Assembly (NCBI RefSeq): GCF_009914755.1 | Contig: NC_060947.1 | From: the human T2T-CHM13v2.0 reference genome, Homo sapiens | DNA length: 64,000 nt | Strand: one strand, 5' to 3' | Shown here: piece by piece, positions 23,321-37,610 of the stretch | How positions within the stretch are numbered: the first letter of the stretch is position 1 | Layout of the letters: every line of letters begins with the position of its first letter | Notes under the pieces: generated by a model | Seen by the model: only the letters and a program-made list of their open reading frames with translations | Databases searched by the model: none | Told to the model about the DNA's origin: nothing | Program-made: the position numbers and the translations under genes

Positions 23321-23372
23321 TGGTCAAATTTCCAACACAGGAGCAGCCTGAACCATTTCAGCGTGTCTTCTT

Positions 23373-23395
23373 TTAAGGCTGTGATTGCCCTTCAT
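23373..23395 (-). CDS. PAGE1: PAGE1 exon 6 coding part, (D)EGQSQP-stop
   Basis: Reads ttacag|AT GAA GGG CAA TCA CAG CCT TAA. Confidence 0.93.
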
Positions 23396-24020
23396 CTGTA
23401 ACAGAAACATAACTGTTAGGAAGATGATTTAGCAGCAGATTATTTAGATGACCCAAAAGGCACACAAAGGACACTACAATTTGGGTTTTATAAAATGGAC
23501 TAAAAATAGAACTCTAAGGGCGATCCTGTGTCTTATAGCCAAGTAAACCTCTGTATAAATTTTGAGGGTAGACCTGTAGAATTTAAAGGTAATTAATTCC
23601 GTAAACATCAGGTGCTTCCTTTAAATCCAGAAGCACTTATAATTAACAGTCAGCAACTTGGAAAACACATGTGTAAAACATACTTCGGTGGATTACTCAG
23701 AAAGTACTGGAGTCATGGTCTTTGAACTTCAAATCTTACCAACTGATGCCTCAAAATCTGAAACCTACATGCAACATTTGATATGGTTAGAGATCATGTA
23801 TGTGTCTACAGTCTTATTAGAAATAGTGGCTCATGAAGACTGACAGTGGGGCAGGGAGTGTGCGTAGCACAGGCATCTTACTCACACCCATGCTGAGCAT
23901 CACTGACCTACATCCCACAGAAAATAGAAACTAAATGGTCTCTCACCATTTGATTATTCACTCACTCAAGGTTTCCTTGGAGAAAGATTTAAAAAGCACT
24001 TATTCATTAAGGGCCAGAGA

Positions 24021-24230
24021 ATCCCAGCCTGGGCAACACAGTGAGACCTCATCTGTATAAAAAAAATTTTTTAACAAAACAACATCAGTCAGGCATGGCA
24101 GCTTGTGCCTGTAGTTCCAGCTGCTCAGGAGGCTAAGTTGGGAGGATCACTTGAGCCTGGGAGGCTGAGGTTGCAGTGAGCTGAAATCGCACCACAGCAC
24201 CCCAGTCTGGGTGACAGAGTGAGACTTGTC
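24021..24230 (+). mobile_element. Partial Alu in PAGE1 intron 5
   Basis: Alu linker plus right arm. Confidence 0.85.
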
Positions 24231-24888
24231 ACTCTGTCAGAGCGACAATTCAAAAATTGACAGTACCTAAGAATAGGCATTCAGGTCTCCACACAGAAAA
24301 ACTAACATGAAGCAGAGTGCCCGCTCCCTTTCTTAGTAGCAATGAAATCTCAATTCAGAGGTTTTCAGATGACTCAGGCCAGGGTTTCATGATTTATGAT
24401 AAATAAATCATGTAAAACAGATGATCTCTGTATCCTATGCATTCTATGCAACAGGATCAGAGTATGAAAGAACCAGAATGGAAAAGGATTTTAAAATATC
24501 TGACTTAAACTCACTATTTTTATAAGACCAAAGATAGGTTTAGAAGGTAAGGGATTTGCTCAGAATCTCACCAATGCTGTAAGAGCTGGTATTAGAACCT
24601 GCATCCGTGCTTCAGCATATTTCACACCAACTGATGGGTGTTACAAATGTGTTATGTATTTATTAAAAGCAGACCTTTACAAAAGCATCTGAAAATCATG
24701 AGCTATTGGTTTAAGGATTTATACTCAAAAGTTATAATTCAATATGGCTTTGTCTCAGTTTGTTTCTGTATCTGACAGTCTATAAGTTGGCTGCTGGGAC
24801 CTGAACTACATTTCAAATAACCTTTATATAAGAATTCTATTATTAAGGAGGCAGTATTGTTACCCCTGTGTTATTAAAAACATAATAC

Positions 24889-25378
<490 letters not shown>

Positions 25379-25471
<93 letters not shown>

Positions 25472-26022
25472 ATACATATACATATATATGTGTGTGTATA
25501 TATATATATACATATACATATATGTGTGTATATATATACACATATATATGTGTGTATATATATACACATATATATGTGTATATATGTATATATGTATATA
25601 TACACACATATATGTATATGTGTATATATACATATATATGTGTGTATATATACACACATATATATGTATATATATGTGTATATACACACATATATGTGTA
25701 TATATGTGTGTATATACACACATATATAGGTGTGTATATATGTGTATATACACACATATATAGGTGTATATATATGTGTATATACACACATATATATGTG
25801 TATATATATGTGTGTATATACACACATATATATGTGTATATATATGTGTGTATATACACACATATATATGTGTATATATATGTGTGTATATACACACATA
25901 TATATGTGTATATATGTGTATATATGTGTATATACACACATATATATGTGTATATATGTGTATATATGTGTATATATACACATATATATGTGTATATATA
26001 CACATATATATGTGTATATATA
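25379..26022. repeat. A34 run followed by a compound (TA)n/(TATG)/(CA) microsatellite of about 610 bp
   Basis: Seen directly; it is the source of the YI/CV/TH pseudo-ORFs. Confidence 0.97.
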
Positions 26023-26607
26023 TAATCAATTTAAGCAGTAAAACATGAAATATGAACAAGAAAATAATATTCATGCTCTCAGTGTTATTAAATAAAAGCT
26101 TTCACTAGTGTAATAATAAATGTGTTGATAAGAATCCCAAGAACATGATTTCAGGAGTCTGTTGGCAGAAAACAGGAAAACAGGGTTTTCCAAATATTAC
26201 CCTCTTCCTTTCCGAAGACTGCCCTCAGACAACTTTGTTGCTGCCTTTGCACTTCTTTATTATTCTACTTCTGATTGTCCTTATCATATTAAATGACTCA
26301 AGACTGAAACCCTGTCTCTCACAGCACTTACACTCCTGGCACTTAGACTCCTACATGGCATGAGTAGCCACCAATAAACGCTGAGTGAAAAAAGTTCTTT
26401 AAAAAATACATGAAAAATCCCCAAATCCTGAACATTCTGCACACCAACTTGTCTATCCTCTTCAAAAATGTCCGTATCCTGAATGACAAAGAAAAATTAA
26501 GGAAACATTCCAGATTAAAGGAAACTAGAAACACATGACAAGCACATGTAAGACGTGATCTTGAACTGGACTCTGGATCAGAAAAAGAAATTCTATAAAG
26601 GAAATTA

Positions 26608-27243
<636 letters not shown>

Positions 27244-27721
27244 CTTAAAGATAAAACAAAATTATCATTTTAAGCAGCAACACATGAAATATGAATAAGA
27301 AAATAATATTCATGCTCTTGGTCTTATTAAATAAAAGCTTTAGGTACTGTAATAATAAATGTGTTGATAAGAATCCCAAGAACATTATTTCAGGAGTCTG
27401 TTGGCAGAAGACAGGAAAACAGGGTTTTCCAAATATTACCCTCTTCCTTTCTGAAGACTGCCCTCAGACAACTTTGTTGCCTCCTTTGCACTTATCTGTT
27501 ATTGTATTTCTGATTGTCCTTATTATATTAAATGACTCAAGGCTGACATCCTGTCTCTCATTAGCATTTAGACTCCTAGCACCTAGCAAGTTATATGGCA
27601 TGAGTAGGCACCAATAAATGGTGAGTGAAAAAACAGTCTTTAGAAACTACACAAAAAAGCCCAAAGTGCTAAACGTTCCGCAAACCAACTGGTCTATCCT
27701 CTTGAAAAATGTCAGTATCAG

Positions 27722-28040
27722 CCAGCCGGGCGTGGTGGCTCACACCTGGAATCCCAGCACTTTGGGAGACCGAGGTGGGCGGATCATCTGAGGTCAGGAG
27801 TTAGAGACCAGCCTGGCCAACATGGTGAAACCCAGGCTCTGCTAAAAATACAAAAGAAAAAATAAATTAGGCAGGTGCGGTGGCCATTGCCTGTAGTCCC
27901 AACTACTCAGGAGGCTGAGGCATGAGAATCTCTTGAGCCTGGGAGGCAGAGTTTAGAGAGAGCCGAGATCTTGCCACTGCACTCCAACCTGGGCAACAGA
28001 GTGAGACTCCGTCTGAAAAAAAAAAATAAGAAAGAAAAAA
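27722..28040 (+). mobile_element. Alu in PAGE1 intron 3, followed by an L1ME-like fragment to about 28480
   Basis: Alu dimer, then old L1 3'UTR motifs (ttggtgaatctaggtgaa, cattgtactattcttgcaa). Confidence 0.85.
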
Positions 28041-29890
28041 GAAAATTATCTGGATAACTGGCAAAATCTGAGTATACTCTGTGTATTAAATGACTGCAGG
28101 TTCTCATTGTTAAATGTCCTGAGTTTGATCATTGTGCAGTGATTATCCAAGGAATGACTTTTTCTTTGTTCTGAGGATATATAAACACTTTCAAGTACTT
28201 AGGGTAAAGGGCCATAATAGCTGAAACCTTATCTGAACAATGCAGCATTAATAAGAGTAAACATAATATCCGTAAGTGTGTGTGTGAGTGTGTGGGCAGC
28301 AGGGTAAGAGAGGGAGGGAAGAGACATGAAAACAATGGAGCAGAAGCTATTAACAATTGGTGAATCTAGGTGAAAAGTATATGAGTTCATTGTACTATTC
28401 TTGCAAATTTTCTACAAATGTTATGTCTTGAAAATATATAAAGTAAAAACTTGTAAGAATATATGACAACTACACTGAACTTTAGGAAGACAGAAGTTTT
28501 TTTTTTAATTGTGTTAAAAAATACACATAACATAAAATTTACCATGGTAACTAATTTTAAGTGTTATAGTTCAGTAAGGAGTTATGGTTGCAACATTACC
28601 AGCAGCTAAGAACAAACTTTACATGTTTGTTTTCCTATATAACGAAACATTTATTATTTATTTATTTATTTATTTGCGATGAGGTCTCCCTATGTTTCCC
28701 AGGCTGGTCTTGAACCCTAGGCTCAAGCGATCCTCTCACCTCAGCCTCCCAAGTAGCTGGGACTATGATTTCACAGCACTAAGCCCAGTTTGAGACCTTT
28801 CTACTAAATGACAATCTAAGGATAAACCACAGGACATGTATAATACTTATATTCGGCCATAGAGTACCAACAGCAGTGTGCATCAGCTGAGAAATCTGAA
28901 GTCTACATCATGGATAGGATTTCAGTTACAATTACAGTGTCAGTTTCTGAAGGATTGAGCAGCTGGATGGATTTGAGGACTATGGAAAATCTTACAGTCA
29001 CGACACCCATTGTCTACTGGGGTAAACAGAAACTTAACTTTGTTCAAATAAAGTTATATTTAGGTCCAAAGGTCCTAAATGTAATATTCCATAAATGAAC
29101 CCCATGTAGAACAAAGCACCAAAAATAACACTATTTGTGAATTACAGCAAATATACTGTCTCACGCTGAGAACAAAGGAATGAGTGGACAGCAATTAATG
29201 GGCATTGTTGTCAGTCTTATTCTAGATACCTTTAACAGTGAATCCTTAGAATAATCCATGACCTGAGTTAGATAATTGTTTTGCTTCAAAATATTTTATC
29301 TCGGAGAAATTATTTCCATCTCATGTTAATCTCAGGATAATTCCTTTTTTTTGGTTTTTCTAACCATAAAAGGATTTAATCACCTCCTAAAAGCCACTTA
29401 AAAAATCATACTACACCAGCTACCTGTATGGCAGTATCCTGAATTCTCCAGCTTTCAACAAACTTACCACATAAAAATATCAAAGGAAATGGTGGCCAGC
29501 AATCAGGAACTCAGTTTTTGGAGTTGCTCCTGCTCCTCTGAACTGGGTCTATTCCTGGGCCAGTACTAAGCTACATTACAGTAAAGCATTTGAGTTTTAA
29601 GCACTTTCAGCAAAATCATTTACTATTGTTACAGCAACATAGATGGTAGGAAGACACAAACTTTGGAACAAAACACAAATTTTGTATTCACCAGTCAAGT
29701 GTTCTTGGACAAAACACAATCCCCGGGCCTCCATTCTCTCATTCATAAAGTGGAGAAATTTTATCATAGTGAGGGATTTATTTCCCTAAGGTAAGCTGCA
29801 AACTATACCCTCTTCACTTTTCCAGTCAATTTCTAGGCATCGTTTGCATGGCTTTCATTCCTCCTGTTCCTGGTATGTGACAATGCATGA

Positions 29891-29891
<1 letters not shown>

Positions 29892-29935
<44 letters not shown>
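29892..29935. repeat. (CA)~22 microsatellite, which reads (UG)n in PAGE1 pre-mRNA
   Basis: Seen directly, about 33 nt into intron 3. Confidence 0.97.
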
Positions 29936-29937
<2 letters not shown>

Positions 29938-29968
29938 CAACAGGCATTCTTCTTCCCTTTCCCTTCAC

Positions 29969-30071
29969 CTTGAGCTGCAGATGCTCCCTCATCCTCTCTC
30001 TCTTCAGCAGGTGTAGAATCCTGACTTTGAGTTGGTGATTCCACTTCGTCAGGTTGCTCATCACTGGACTC
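29969..30071 (-). CDS. PAGE1: PAGE1 exon 3, ESSDEQPDEVESPTQSQDSTPAEEREDEGASAAQ
   Basis: 103 nt, with borders cacaag|GAG TCC and GCT CAA G|gtgaag; lies within ORF 29826..30110. Confidence 0.93.
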
Positions 30072-30577
30072 CTTGTGGTAGGGAATATGTGTGTGAGTGT
30101 GCAAAGACAAAAAGTTTTGTTATTAATACATGTCAAAAAATATATACGTATACACACAGAGAATGCATAGATGTTTCTGATCATAACTAAACCTAAAAAT
30201 ATTTCTCCAACTTTATTCTATATGGTTAATAAGGCTACTCTACCCACAGAAAGGTTACTGCGAGAAAAGTTACCCACAAGGACTTTGGAAGCTATTGCAC
30301 TCTATGTTGGAATAGATGTGTATAATCTATGTGTCATTCACAAGCAAAGCATGAGAAAGAAGTCATGGCCAAAAGTTGGAGAACACAAGAGAAAAAAAAA
30401 ATCCTCCTGAATCAATATTTCCTTCATGAGATACCAGAATCTTATTTTTTTAATCAGCATGAACTACCTTTATTAGTGTATCTATACTAATGCAACAACA
30501 CTATCACAAAAATTAATTTCTGCTAATAGAAAACATCGAATTAACGTTAAAGCACTCAACAGCATAGGCCCAATTAC

Positions 30578-30640
30578 CTCAGAAGATTCTACATAGATCA
30601 TTGGTCTACGCCGATAGATTAATCTTCTTAGAAAACCCAT
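30578..30640 (-). CDS. PAGE1: PAGE1 exon 2 coding part, MGFLRRLIYRRRPMIYVESSE (exon begins at 30648)
   Basis: Borders ttttcag|TGTGAAAT ATG GGT and TCT GAG|gtaatt, with the GAGE-type TGTGAAATATG start context. Confidence 0.93.
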
Positions 30641-30887
30641 ATTTCACACTGAAAAGAGAAAATTGTGATTGGGAACATGCACTTGAGAGGACAGCTATAT
30701 TCGATCACTTCCATGGCTAAATGTTAACTTGTCATTTTAATTTTGAAAATACTCTCAAAATAAGTCCCAGAGTTAAGTGCAAGTGTGTACGTTTTCTGAG
30801 TGCTTGCAAAGCCACTTATGCTCCCCAAGCTGGCAGAGTAGTCATCTTAAGGCATGTGGCAAAAGGCAGAGGACATTATTTTAAAAT

Positions 30888-31032
30888 TTCTTTTAGACAC
30901 AGAATCTCGCTCTGTTGCTCACGCTGGAATGCAGTGGCGTGATCACACTTCACTGCAGCCTCGACCTCCCGCTCACGCGATCCTCCTGCCTCGTCCGGAG
31001 TAGCTGGGACTACAGGCGCGCACCACTGCGCC
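30888..31032 (-). mobile_element. Partial Alu (right arm) in PAGE1 intron 1
   Basis: Antisense Alu right arm that retains its CpGs. Confidence 0.85.
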
Positions 31033-31774
31033 CCTCTGACAGAGGACGTTTCTGATGAGGTTTAGTTTCACAAGCGGACTCCACATGAAAACACTAGTGA
31101 ATCACAATTCCCGTGACTGCTGCTTTTGGCACACTCCCACTTACTAGAGCCATTCACCCCCCTCAAATCAAGTTTGGTTGGGCCACACAGCCTCTCCCAG
31201 TCCTTCCCATTGTTTCCGGACCTTCTATGGCAGAGGTGAGACCTTGCCACGCTTCTCACTCGGGTGTTTCTCACTCGGGCACTCCCCACTCCACACCGCT
31301 GGGGGGCGCTCACCAGCCCACAGCCTTCCCAGGTTCCAGGCCCCTTCTTTACCGCCATCTTCACCACCCACCTCCCGCCTCGGGGCCCCATTCAGGACTC
31401 AGGAATGTGCCCTGTGTCATGGGTTCCTACCACCTCGGGACTTTGACCCCTCCAACAGCACCCGCAGCACTCGCCTCATTTTCACCTGAGCCCCTGACCG
31501 CTTCCCCTTCATGGCCCACTTTCCTCCCTGTCCTGGCCCCTTCACGACCACAAAGCCGATGGCGGCGTCGCAGCCTGTGAGGAGAAGGAGGACGAGCTCG
31601 AGGCCCTTCTCTTTTGGAGGCCACTGAGGCCCTTCTCCCTCAAAAGCCACACACCACCAGACCGAGGGGCCCACCGAACCTGCCCGAAGCCCACTGGCTC
31701 CGCCTGAAGCCCACTGGCTCCTCCTCACCCTCACTCACACTTCAGCCCCTGGGAGGACTGGCCTGCGGATCTAC

Positions 31775-31850
31775 CAGATGAGTCTCAGTAGAGGAAAAAA
31801 GTGTCCGGACAGCAGGAACGCGACTGCACACTCTCACAGCTCCCTGGCGT
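31775..31850 (-). other. PAGE1: PAGE1 non-coding exon 1 (5' end approximate)
   Basis: ACGCCAGGGAGCTGTGAG..CCTCTACTGAGACTCATCTG|gtagat matches the recalled GAGE-family 5'UTR that splices to TGTGAAATATG. Confidence 0.8.
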
Positions 31851-32000
31851 TCTCCACGTGGGCGAAGGGGCCGACGGGAAGGCACCCAGTGAACATGCGC
31901 ACTGAGGCTAGCACCCAAAGGTGGGGAGGGCTGCAGTTCCCAGCCCCACACCCCACACTCCCGATTTTCATCCCCGTGAAGATAATGGAATCCGACCTCC
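31851..32000 (-). promoter_or_regulatory. PAGE1: PAGE1 proximal promoter in a GC- and CpG-enriched zone (about 31000-32100)
   Basis: Local CpG enrichment, a palindromic E-box CCACGTGG (31854-31861), an NRF1-like CATGCGCA (about 31894-31901), and no TATA box seen. Confidence 0.6.
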
Positions 32001-32386
32001 CTCTGCTGTTTCATATGCCTCGGGTACTCAAATACCTCAAATAGTGCTCCCCTCAAAACTCATTCCATCTTCAACTGAGCCCCCCTCCCCTCCAGGGCCC
32101 TCTCTTGCTCTGGCCCTGCCATAGGGACAAGGACCATGGTGGCTGCCTGTGAAGTGAGGTAGACGACCTGCTAAAACAGAAATAGCAACATACCTCATAG
32201 CATTATACAAGACTAAGAGTCTCATAACTAAATATTAAAAATGTCTAGCATATAATTCAAAATTACTCAGAATATGAAGAACCAGGAACATAGGGCCACT
32301 GAAATAGGGAAAGACAATCAGCAGACATCACTGCTAAGATAGAGATGTTGGGATTATGTGGGAAAGCCTTTAAAGATGCTATTTTA

Positions 32387-33215
<829 letters not shown>

Positions 33216-33303
33216 GAAGTGTCTCATAACCTGATATTCAAAATGTCCAGCATATAATTCAAAATTACTCAGAATACGAAGAAGCATGAAAGTTAGGCAT
33301 CTT

Positions 33304-33594
33304 GGCCAGGTGCAGTGGCTCATACCTGTAATCCCAGCATTTTGGGAGGCTGAGGCAGGTAGATCACGAGGTCAGGAGTTCAAGACCAGCCTGGCCAAGA
33401 TGGTGAAACCCCATGTCTACCAAAAATACAAAAATTAGCTGGGTATGGTGGCGGGCACCTGTAATCCCAGCTACTCGGGAGGCTGAGGCAGAGAATTCCT
33501 TGAACCCGGGAGGCAGAGTTTGCAGTGAGCCAAGATCGTGCCACTGCACTCCAGCCTGGGTGACAGAGTGAGGCTCCATTTCAAAAAAAAAAAA
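33304..33594 (+). mobile_element. Alu
   Basis: Full dimer with A-tail. Confidence 0.92.
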
Positions 33595-33954
33595 GGAAGT
33601 TATGGAATTTCAAATGGAGAAAGACAGACAACTGACACCAATGCAAAGACAGAGATGTTGAGATTATCTGGGAAAGCCTTTAAAGATGCTAGTTTAAAAA
33701 AGCTATAAACATCCATGTCCAGACACAAGTTTTCAACTCCTTTGGGTAGATACCAAGAAGTACAACTACTGGACTGAATAGTAAGAGTTTGTTTAGTTTT
33801 GTAAGAAATACTGCCAAACTGCCTTTCAAATTGGCTTTACCATTTTACATTCCCACCAACAACGAATGAGAGTTCCTGTTGCTCCACGTCCTCCCCAGAA
33901 TTTGTTGTTGTCAGTGATCTGGATTTTGATCATTCTAATAGCTGTGTTTTTGGT

Positions 33955-34775
<821 letters not shown>

Positions 34776-35434
34776 ACATATATTACCAATAGGCCTTTGA
34801 CGAAGTGTTCAGAGCAGTGAGAAAGGTAAGATGTAAAGCTTTTACCATCTTAAAGTCAACCAGCTTATTGGAGATGGCTTGATCAGACACTTTTGGAAGA
34901 CCCTGCTTGAGATAAATCAAATATAAGCAAAGTAGTAGTAGATGTTGAAGCAGAGACAGCTAAAGGGACATTAGAGCTGCAATTTAGGGCCTTTCAGGGT
35001 TCCCCCAGATGATTAAAACTAACCAGAGGCCATAACAATCATCTTTTCTAAGACTATAGAGAGAATAAAAGCAGAAGGAAAGGGAGAAAAAAACCATAAC
35101 TATTTTTTAAACCTTTCCTAAACCCTTAGCATATTTTGTAGTCCTTACTCTATCACCTGAACTAGTCTATTTTATAAAGCGGCCTGGATAACCTTTAAAG
35201 TCCTCTATGTGGGTCTCTATCAGCATTTGCCAGTCATAACTAATGGACTGAGATAGAAGACACAGAAGCTGTGCCTGTAGAAGAACATAAGACAATGACA
35301 AGAGACCAAAAGCAGGTCCATTTTGTACAGCTGCCTGGGGGTGTACATTTAGGAGGACTGCAAAAGTTAGAAGACATACCTTACTTATTAAAAGTGGTAA
35401 CTAGAAAATGTGCCCCTAAGGAAAATCAGTATTT

Positions 35435-36170
35435 TTTTAAAGTATACCATTCAGTATTTTTAGTATATTCACAAAAGTTGTGCAACCATCAGTACTAATT
35501 CCAGAACATTTTCATCACCCCTAAAAGAAACTCTATTTTCTGTCTTTATGGATTTTCCTATTCTGGACATTTCATGTAAATGGAATTATACAATATGTAG
35601 CCTTTTGTGTCTGGCTTCTTTCACTTTGTGTAATGTTTTCAAGGTTCAACCACATTGTACCATGTATTAGTATTTCATTTTTTATTATTGCTGAATAATA
35701 TTCTATTATATTGATGTACCACATTTTGTTTACCAATTCATCAGCTGATGGACATTTAGGGTCTTTCTACTTTTTTGGTCACCGTATATAATGTTGCTGT
35801 GTGTATTTGTGTGCAATTTTTTCTATGGACATATGTTTTCATTTCTCTTGAGTATACAGCTAGGAGTGGAATTGTTGGATCATAGAGTAATTCTATGTTT
35901 AACTTAAAGTGCCAAACTATTTTCTACAGTAGCTTCCCCGTTTTACATTCCCATGAGCAATGTATAAAGGTTCTTCTTTCTCTGCCTCCTCAGCAACACT
36001 TGTTATTTTCCATCTTTTTGATTATAGCCATCCTAGTGGGTTTGAAGTAGTATCACATTGTGATTTTGATTTGCATTTACCCAATAACGAAAATGTCAAG
36101 CATCTTTTCCTGTGCTTGCTGACCATTTGTATATCTTCTATGGAGAAATGTCTATTCAGGTCCTTTGCCC
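35435..36170 (-). mobile_element. L1MB-like 3' fragment
   Basis: Antisense L1 3'UTR and ORF2-end motifs. Confidence 0.82.
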
Positions 36171-36564
36171 AACCATCACCTCTGCTGCAACCTTTATAGC
36201 AGGTTAAACTACCACCTCTGCAACAGCTATCTTGGGAATTCAAACCACAATCTCCGCAGCAGCTGGCCCAGAACAGTCAGATCTTCATCAACAACTGCCC
36301 TATATTTTTGCCCCAGCTTCCAACTTACATCTGACTGGAGAAAGCCAAATCTGCTCCCCAGACCAATCACATAACATGTCTAACTCCTAGTTAGCCCACC
36401 AATAGCCTCCAACCAGGGCATACCTGAAGCTCTTTCCCACTCCCCTGCCTGCCTTTGAATCTCTGCCAACCACAAATGATGGTGGCTGACTTTCTTTCTG
36501 TAGCAAGCTCTGAATAAATAGCCTCTGTTTGTTCTCATTTGGGTGGTCTTCATTTATTTCCACA
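36171..36564 (+). mobile_element. Old ERV LTR fragment
   Basis: A CCAAT box, AATAAA (about 36514) and a ttccaca end. Confidence 0.55.
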
Positions 36565-36567
36565 GTA

Positions 36568-37610
<1,043 letters not shown>

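Noticed and set aside
31068-32225. Several 60-155 aa ORFs around the PAGE1 promoter
   Set aside because: Expected by chance in GC-rich sequence; no homology recognised, and they overlap intron 1 and the non-coding exon 1.
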